This document shows, piece by piece, positions 58,399 to 64,000 of a stretch of 64,000 nt of DNA. Both the position numbers and the translations under genes were made by a program. Origin of the DNA: Pyrinomonadaceae bacterium (lineage in GTDB: Bacteria > Acidobacteriota > Blastocatellia > Pyrinomonadales > Pyrinomonadaceae); contig JBGSXX010000002.1 of the NCBI GenBank assembly GCA_041751195.1, positions 35,839 through 99,838 on the forward strand. Direction: 5' to 3'. Numbering within the stretch: the stretch's first letter is position 1; every line of letters begins with the position of its first letter. The notes beneath the pieces were generated by a model. It was not told the DNA's origin. It made no database searches and was given only the letters and a program-made list of their open reading frames with translations.

Positions 58399-59763
58399 AT
58401 GAGCAAGAACAAATCGAAAAGAATAGGCGTGCGAAGTGCCCCGAACGGGTATTTCGCCGCCTTTTTTATTTTGTCGTTTGTGGCGGCGTTTCTGCTTCAT
58501 TACGAATACAACGGGGCGGCGGTCGGCGCGTTCGCGGCGGCGTGGATGGTGGTGCCGGTGCTGGCGCTGACCGATAAGATCGTGTTCGACGGCGTGCGGC
58601 TGAGGCGGACGGGGTTGCTGCCGCGTTTGTGGATGAAGGTGGGCGGCGGGCGTGACCGGCTGCGGTTGGCGCATATTGAGCAGGTTGAGACGCATGCGAT
58701 CAGATCGCTGAAGCGCGGCGGGCGTGTGCATTATCGCTATCGGACGGCGTTCCGCGGACGAGGCACGGTGATGGTCGCGGTGTCGGGCGGAGCGGGGTTT
58801 CGGCGGCTGGTGACAGAGGTGCTGCGGCGGCTGCCGGACGAGGTGATGGACACGCGCTCGATGGAGCTGCGCGATTTTGCGGCGGAGCCGGCGGATGTGG
58901 CGAAGCGTGCGGACGAGTCGAAGATACCGCATTCGGAGGTGTTAGAGGCTTCGATGAAGGAATTGCGGCATCGGAGCCGGCGGCGGGCTCCGGCGGCGAA
59001 CGCAGTGGTTGAGCACGAAGAGCGTGCGGAGCATTTGCGGCAGCTGGCGAACGAGCTTCGCATCAGCGGGTCGCTGACGCGAGCGCTGGAGGCGTTTCGG
59101 CGGGCTGCGATATTGTCGCCGAACAACGGATGGCTGCTGTTCGAATTCGCTAGGTGTCTGCAGTCGGTGGCGGGTGCTGAGCGGGACGGCAAGCTGGAGC
59201 GGCGAGCTCTGGCGATGATGCGGTTGGCGGAACGGCGGGCGGGTGATGACGGCGAGCTGCTGGCGCGGCTTGGCGAGAACTATTTTCAGGCTGGCGACTG
59301 GTCGCGTGCTGACATCGTTTATAACAGGTGCGTTGACCGGATCGGCGAAACGTTCCTGGCGATGCGCGGGCTGGCGGAGATCGCTTTGCGGCAGGGCAAG
59401 ATCGCGCACGTCATCCACAACTTTTCGGCGGCGAACCGGTCAACTTCGACGGGCTCGCTTAAACGCTGGACTCAGGGCGAGGTGGAATATTTTTCGAAGC
59501 TCAACTCCGACGAGGAGTATATGGAGCTGGAGGTGAGCCGCGTGAACCTCGCGGATTCGCTCACGCGGTCGCGGCGGACGGCGGTGCGGATCGGGCTGTT
59601 CGGGATGCCGCTGATACTCGCGGGCATCCTACTCGAAGAGGACCTCGTCGCAAACATCGGCTGGGCCATCTCAATGGTCTCGGTCGCATTCTGGATCGCC
59701 ATCTCGCTCCTCCGGCAAACCGTCGAGCGGCGGATACCGGTGGAGTTGGTGGATTCGGAGTGA
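58399..59763 (+). CDS. Hypothetical membrane protein with TPR-like central region
   Basis: ORF 58384..59763 (TTG), with an ATG at 58399 (MSKNKSKR). N-terminal and C-terminal TM helices. The central helical repeats resemble TPR. Confidence 0.55.
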   Translation: MSKNKSKRIGVRSAPNGYFAAFFILSFVAAFLLHYEYNGAAVGAFAAAWMVVPVLALTDKIVFDGVRLRRTGLLPRLWMKVGGGRDRLRLAHIEQVETHAIRSLKRGGRVHYRYRTAFRGRGTVMVAVSGGAGFRRLVTEVLRRLPDEVMDTRSMELRDFAAEPADVAKRADESKIPHSEVLEASMKELRHRSRRRAPAANAVVEHEERAEHLRQLANELRISGSLTRALEAFRRAAILSPNNGWLLFEFARCLQSVAGAERDGKLERRALAMMRLAERRAGDDGELLARLGENYFQAGDWSRADIVYNRCVDRIGETFLAMRGLAEIALRQGKIAHVIHNFSAANRSTSTGSLKRWTQGEVEYFSKLNSDEEYMELEVSRVNLADSLTRSRRTAVRIGLFGMPLILAGILLEEDLVANIGWAISMVSVAFWIAISLLRQTVERRIPVELVDSE

Positions 59764-59796
59764 GTTGTCAAATCTTACGAATCCGCCGCTGGTTTG

Positions 59797-60090
59797 CTAT
59801 ATCTCGAATCTGCGTCGCTCAATGATCTCACAAATCTCATCACCCAATGTTGAGTCGTCGAAGAACTTGGAAGCATAGTATTTGGGGATGTCCACGAGAT
59901 CTCCGGATTCAAGTTTCAGGTAAAGATCGTCACTGCCATTTCGATCAATGATCTAAACAGTTTTAATAAGTTTTTCTCCTTCATCCGAGACCTGGGCGTT
60001 GCCGATGGTCGTAGAGCCGAGCCACATAGGACCAGCGGCTGTCATCGAGAAAAGTATCGCCGCCGCACCGCACCAATATATCTTTTTCAT
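59797..60090 (-). pseudogene. Small signal-peptide ORF interrupted by one in-frame TAG (45 codons, stop, 51 codons)
   Basis: Own translation from the ATG at 60090: MKKIYWCGAAAILFSMTAAGPMWLGSTTIGNAQVSDEGEKLIKTV, then TAG at 59955-59953. The same frame continues IIDRNGSDDLYLKLESGDLVDIPKYYASKFFDDSTLGDEICEIIERRRFEI and ends at TAG 59799-59797. GAGGA lies just upstream of the ATG. Confidence 0.4.
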
Positions 60091-60120
60091 TGATCCTCTA
60101 GTCAAAGTTTGACATTAGTG

Positions 60121-60774
60121 TTACTCATCATCGAAATTATCTCTGGCGACTACGAGAGGCTCGATCAAAGAAACGAGTTCTCTTAACTCCTTTTCATTTT
60201 TGTCCGTTTTTTCTTTGCGGTTTCTGTAACGGGTATATACTTTCGCGCGGCCTTTGATGAAATGAAGCCCGACGTCGGTCAGCGCGGTATTCGCGTAAAC
60301 GTTTTTAACCAGAACGGCCTCGTCTCCTACTTCACGAACCTTGATAAAATCTCCCATTGAAATAAAATCCAAACTTCTCCAGAAATCCTCACTCATTCCT
60401 TTTTTAGCGAGCCTTAAGTTAATGACTAGAAATAGATTCTTTTGCTTGCCATTCTGCCAGGATATTTCGTTTACCGTGCTGCCCCGCTCTCCCGGCGGCA
60501 TCGAAATCAAATGCGACGCACGTTTATTTTTTAGCTTATATTTAGGCTTTTCTTTGGCCATAATTTCTATAATATCTTCCTGAATCCGCTGAGCCTCAGC
60601 AAAAGCCATGTCAACCTTTTCCTGCGGAACATTCTTGTCACGTTCCAGCAGGTTCTGCCGCCCTTCGTCAGGAACCTGGGCGATGCTGATACTCGCCGAA
60701 CCGATCCCCAGATAACAAAGGGCCACCAAAGCGAAGAGTGTCGCGGTCACGGCGCGGCAATCGATCTTATTCAT
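60121..60774 (-). CDS. Hypothetical secreted protein (AT-rich ORFan)
   Basis: ORF 60121..60789 (TTG); I preferred the ATG at 60774 (MNKIDCRAVTATLFALVALCYLGIGSASISIAQV signal). Hand counts on two 60-nt lines give 35-38% G+C, versus about 60% in a flanking housekeeping line. Confidence 0.6.
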   Translation of the reverse strand: MNKIDCRAVTATLFALVALCYLGIGSASISIAQVPDEGRQNLLERDKNVPQEKVDMAFAEAQRIQEDIIEIMAKEKPKYKLKNKRASHLISMPPGERGSTVNEISWQNGKQKNLFLVINLRLAKKGMSEDFWRSLDFISMGDFIKVREVGDEAVLVKNVYANTALTDVGLHFIKGRAKVYTRYRNRKEKTDKNEKELRELVSLIEPLVVARDNFDDE

Positions 60775-60859
60775 TGTTCCTAGCTCCAAATTGCGTTTGC
60801 GTGCCCAGACCTGTGATGCCCGGGGATTTGGTCATGATAGCACGGGCCACAAACAACAA

Positions 60860-60886
60860 TTCCCGCCAGTCACCCTCTGGCGGGAA
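60860..60886 (-). terminator. Rho-independent terminator after paralogue B
   Basis: The minus strand reads TTCCCGCCAG-N7-CTGGCGGGAA followed by TTGTTGTTT. It lies 25 nt after the stop of 60912..61598. Confidence 0.7.
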
Positions 60887-60911
60887 GTTTTTGATATGAG
60901 AAAGCAGTGGA

Positions 60912-61598
60912 TTACGGCGTTGTTACGACCGTGATTACTGCTGAGAAGTTGCCGACGGGGCTGTCCTTCTCGGTGTATCGGGCTCGAAACTCGACGATCT
61001 GGGGCTGGCCGGTCTCAGACGGCGGAGTAAATTTGATGGGCGACGTCGTCCAACGACCCAAGTTCTTCCACTCCGATTCGCCCTTAAAACGCCATTCGAG
61101 CTGAATGCCCTGACGCCCGTTTTTGCGATACCGGACTTCAAGCTCACCCAGCGGCAAGGCGGTAGCCGTAAGCACCGGCATATTCGATTCGGGGTCCGGC
61201 GACGGATGATCAGACCAAAGGCCAAACTCTTCCGCCATCTGATTCGTGTATTTCGTCGTACTCTTCATCTTCCGAATGAGCAATTTCGCGTAAGTAATGA
61301 TCCCCGGCTCGCCGGCTTCCGGCAAGTTGATAGCCGGGAATGCAGGCGTGGGAGGTGTCGCACCGTCAACATCGCCATAAAGCATCGTCTGCTTAAAATC
61401 GGTAAACGCTTCACGCGTATCCGCCACCTGTTGGTTAACGTTAATGAGGAAGGTGAGATTCGCGACATGATTAGCCATCATCGCGATCTCTGTGGGGCTT
61501 ATTCCAAGCGAAGGTCCGTAAGTAACGAGCTTCTCTTGGAAGTTAACGAAAAAGGGAACGAGTTCTGATTCAACTCGCGGTATCTGTTTGTCAGGCAT
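60912..61598 (-). CDS. Hypothetical 228-aa protein, paralogue B (same family as 36348..37034)
   Basis: Same length as paralogue A and aligns to it without gaps, with about 52% identity by hand count. Shared blocks are MPDK..PR.E.ELV, LGIS, IRKMKS, AEEFGLW, FRAR.TE.D.PVGNFS and TTP at the C-terminus. Confidence 0.8.
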   Translation of the reverse strand: MPDKQIPRVESELVPFFVNFQEKLVTYGPSLGISPTEIAMMANHVANLTFLINVNQQVADTREAFTDFKQTMLYGDVDGATPPTPAFPAINLPEAGEPGIITYAKLLIRKMKSTTKYTNQMAEEFGLWSDHPSPDPESNMPVLTATALPLGELEVRYRKNGRQGIQLEWRFKGESEWKNLGRWTTSPIKFTPPSETGQPQIVEFRARYTEKDSPVGNFSAVITVVTTP

Positions 61599-61664
61599 AG
61601 TGCTAACTTATAACTCCTGTTCTTAGTTTTATATGAAATTTGCCTCGGGTGACGTGGCAAAGAA

Positions 61665-61694
61665 AATATACCAAAAATGTTTTGGTAGTTGCAA
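61665..61694 (-). promoter_or_regulatory. Sigma70-like promoter candidate for paralogue B
   Basis: The minus strand reads TTGCAA-N18-TATATT, 66 nt upstream of the ATG at 61598. Followed by leader stem-loop TTTGCC-N11-GGCAAA (61661-61639) and an ACAGGAG box, the same layout as paralogue A. Confidence 0.45.
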
Positions 61695-61781
61695 CTAGAT
61701 TTTACGTCTCGGCAAGATCGCTTGCGCCCACGGCCGGAATCGGCTCCCCGAACGCAATAAAATAGGCCATATCTGCGGCTT

Positions 61782-62179
61782 TGCAACTCCGACTTGCGCG
61801 ATTGCAAATCCAGTCTGCGACGTTGCAAATCCAATCTGCGCGATTGCAAATCCAATCTGCAACGTTGCAAGTCCAATCTGCGCGATTGCAAATCCAATCT
61901 GCAACGCTGCAAATCCAATTTGCGCGACTGCAAATCCAATCTGCGAGGTTGCAAATCCAATCTGCAACGCTGCAATCCAATCTGCGCGATTGCAAATCCA
62001 ATTTGCGACGTTGCAAATTCAATCTGCGCGATTGCAAATCCAATTTGCGAGGTTGCAAATCCAATCTGCAACGCTGCAACTCCAATCTGCGCGATTGCAA
62101 ATCCAATTTGCGACGTTGCAAATCCGATCTGCGCGATTGCAAATCCAATCTGCGCGAGCGCAATTCCGACCTGCGCGGG
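61782..62179. repeat. Array B: 19 tandem units (18 x 21 bp, one 20 bp) with an AT(C/T)TGC-N6-GCAAAT dyad
   Basis: Plus-strand consensus TGCAAATCCAATCTGC(G/A)NNNN. The first unit starts at 61782. The 20-bp unit is at 61971-61990. The last two units are degenerate. The parse was verified against the translation of ORF 61781..62272. Confidence 0.95.
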
Positions 62180-62308
62180 CGCAAATGGGTGGGGCTTGCC
62201 CAGAAGAAGCCGCCTAAAGGCGGGATTTTTAACGGGCGGCGGGTCCGGTGGCTTAAGCCAACTGGAATTTAGAGGAAGGGCCCGTGGAGGCCCTTCTGCT
62301 GTCGGCGT

Positions 62309-63325
62309 TTATTTGGTGGTGGCTTTGGTTTTGGGTTTGGGCGGTGATTTTTTTGCGGCTCGGGGGGCTTTTGGTTTTTTTGCCGGGGCGGTGGGGTTTA
62401 GGAGGGAGGTCCAGTGGTAGTTGGGTTGGTCCCAGCCGGTTTTAAGTTTGTTGAGGATGAAGTCGGTCATGGCGTCGACTATCCAGCGGTGGTTGTATTC
62501 GCCGACGGAGGCGAGTTCGGCGTCGGGGGCCGGGTTCATAAAGTCGATGGCGTAGGGGATGCCGTCTTTGATCGCGAATTCGACGGTGTTGAGGTCATAG
62601 CCGAGCGCTTTGCAGATGGTGATGACGTCCTGTTCGACGCGCTGGTGGAGTTCGGGCGTGAGGTAATCCTCGACGTTTACGTACTGCATGCCGGAAAGGT
62701 ACGGCTTAGAGGGGTCGTAGGGCATGATCAGGACTTTCTCTTGCCCGACGCAGTAGCAGCGGACGAACTGGTCGTATTCGATGCCTTCCTGCAGGGTCAT
62801 GCAGAGCGTGCCGGACTTGTTGTACTCCTCGAAAAGCTGTTCGAGCGTGTGGATCTTTGAGACGTTCTTCCATCCGCCGCCGTCGAAGGGTTTGAGGAAC
62901 GCGGGGAAGCCGACGTAATTGACGATGCCTTCCCAGTCGAGGGGGAATTCGAGGTTGCGGAGCGATTCGCTCGTGATGTCTTTGATATAGCTGTGCTGCG
63001 GGAGGAGCACGGTCTTCGGGATCGCGACGCCGATCTTTGCGGCGAGCGAGAAATTGAAGAACTTGTCATCGGCGGACCACCAGAAGGGGTTGTTGATGAC
63101 CAAAGTGCCCTCAAGCGCCATGCGTTTGAGCATTGCGCGATAGTAGGGGATCTCGTGCGAGATGCGGTCGATGATGACGTCGTAACGCTTCGTCTCGTCA
63201 AGGCGGATGCCGCCGACCTTTACCATTTCGGCAACGACCTCGCCGCCGCCTTTTTCGTTGATGCTGTTGATTATCGATTCGGGGAAGGTGACCTCGCGGC
63301 CGACCAAAATACCTACGCGTTTCAT
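62309..63325 (-). CDS. ATP-grasp fold protein with a Lys/Pro/Ala-rich C-terminal tail
   Basis: 338 aa. The layout resembles RimK / inositol-phosphate-kinase-type ATP-grasp enzymes (FPAFLKPFDGGGWKNV; NTVEFAIKDGIPYAIDFMNPAPDAE). Tail NPTAPAKKPKAPRAAKKSPPKPKTKATTK. Confidence 0.6.
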   Translation of the reverse strand: MKRVGILVGREVTFPESIINSINEKGGGEVVAEMVKVGGIRLDETKRYDVIIDRISHEIPYYRAMLKRMALEGTLVINNPFWWSADDKFFNFSLAAKIGVAIPKTVLLPQHSYIKDITSESLRNLEFPLDWEGIVNYVGFPAFLKPFDGGGWKNVSKIHTLEQLFEEYNKSGTLCMTLQEGIEYDQFVRCYCVGQEKVLIMPYDPSKPYLSGMQYVNVEDYLTPELHQRVEQDVITICKALGYDLNTVEFAIKDGIPYAIDFMNPAPDAELASVGEYNHRWIVDAMTDFILNKLKTGWDQPNYHWTSLLNPTAPAKKPKAPRAAKKSPPKPKTKATTK

Positions 63326-63532
63326 ATTTGTATCTATCCTAGTATTTATAAGTAAGTGAAAATATAGCTCGGGCCAAAGTAGAAGATTTTAATAGTTATC
63401 GAACGTGCGGGCAAGGGTATTAAAGTTATTGCACAACATTGTTGCAACGTAGTATTCTATAGAAGCCGCATCTCACCCGCGGCGTTTGAACTTTCCGGAA
63501 TTCCCATATCCAACGACCGAATAACTGAGAAA

Positions 63533-64000
63533 ATGCTCGATACAACATCTACAATTGCGCAACAGCCCGACGCCGGTGCGCCGGCCGTCGATCAGAACGT
63601 CCAGTCTTTTCACAATGTACTGCAGCGAATGCTGGCGGTGGACAGCAAGGTCAGTGACCTTATCTTTTCGCCGGGGCGGCCGCCGCAGGTCGAACTGACG
63701 GGCGACCTGCAGGGGGTTCCTATCCCGGGGCTTGAGATGCTGAAGGCGCCGCAGATAAAGGCGATGTCCGACATAATGCTCCGCGGAAATGAGCAGGGGC
63801 TTGAGACGCTGGATAAGAAGGGGTCGTCGGATATCTCGTACAGCGTGCCGGGACTGTGCCGGTTTCGTGTGAACATTTTTAAGCAGCGCGGGTCGCATGC
63901 GATCGTGATGCGGGTTATCCCGACGACGCCCCCGAACTGGGAAGACCTGAACCTGCCAAAGGCGGTGCGGAACGTTTCGGAGTTGAAAAACGGGCTTGTG
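63533..64000 (+). CDS. pilT: Type IV pilus retraction ATPase PilT/PilU family, N-terminal part; gene continues past the window end
   Basis: Own translation from the ATG at 63533 stays open to the window end. ...VSDLIFSPGRPPQVELTGDL..., DISYSVPGLCRFRVNIFKQRGSHAIVMRVIP and LNLPKAV match the PilT N-terminal domain pattern. Confidence 0.75.
   Translation, partial: MLDTTSTIAQQPDAGAPAVDQNVQSFHNVLQRMLAVDSKVSDLIFSPGRPPQVELTGDLQGVPIPGLEMLKAPQIKAMSDIMLRGNEQGLETLDKKGSSDISYSVPGLCRFRVNIFKQRGSHAIVMRVIPTTPPNWEDLNLPKAVRNVSELKNGLV

Noticed and set aside
58078-58932. A 284-aa minus-strand ORF spanning the junction of two plus-strand TPR-like genes.
   Set aside because: It has Arg/Pro/His-rich shadow composition and overlaps two better-supported plus-strand genes.
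36348-61598. The inverted paralogues as ends of a 25-kb composite transposon or invertible segment.
   Set aside because: The paralogues are only about 52% identical at the protein level, so there is no long nucleotide identity for recombination. The interior is core genome (prfC, tRNA-Arg, kinases). No transposase or recombinase gene is present.
61499-62420. Four overlapping ORFs (190, 160, 163 and 208 aa) across array B, encoding QIGFA/LQIQSA/RLDLQS-type repeats.
   Set aside because: The logic is the same as for array A. All frames are open only because the unit lacks stop codons. The 20-bp unit at 61971-61990 breaks every frame's repeat register. There is no RBS or start context.

Overview
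The window reads as chromosomal DNA from a fairly GC-rich bacterium, most plausibly an Acidobacteriota-like organism. The hints are a VWFA-related acidobacterial-type secreted protein and many TPR, Ser/Thr-kinase, ECF and PAS-kinase genes. This placement is inferred from gene content only; no database search was possible.

Most of the window is ordinary core genome:
- purD, aroC, rsmD, recG, rpsT, a pabB-like gene and murE
- tRNA-Leu(UAG) followed by tig-clpP-clpX
- an S2P protease, prfC, tRNA-Arg(ACG) and the start of pilT
- secreted amidohydrolases and a partial S10 peptidase
- a three-gene PAS-kinase / receiver / 1729-aa hybrid-kinase cluster
- a Ser/Thr kinase neighbourhood and an ECF sigma / anti-sigma / CrtC-like unit

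The standout signal is non-coding: three tandem arrays with exactly the same 21-bp period but unrelated sequences.
- Coordinates are 17741-17866, 35972-36243 and 61782-62179.
- Each unit carries conserved inverted half-sites around a variable centre.
- Each array lies upstream of a gene start.

Two of the arrays precede diverged paralogues of an unrecognised 228-aa protein, at 36348-37034 (+) and 60912-61598 (-). By hand count the two proteins are about 52% identical. They share a conserved promoter and leader layout, and each borders an AT-rich block of ORFan genes. I regard this array + ORFan module as the best candidate for an undescribed system here, but its function (DNA operator or centromere-like array versus hairpin-string RNA) cannot be decided from sequence alone.

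Secondary observations:
- an ECF-type promoter inside an unusually long sigma/anti-sigma gap
- a Tat-lipoprotein PLP enzyme
- an ATP-grasp protein with a histone-H1-like tail
- a small ORF interrupted by an in-frame TAG
- a candidate sRNA
- an unlisted 56-aa basic ORF

All coordinates were derived by hand and cross-checked against ORF-track frames where possible.
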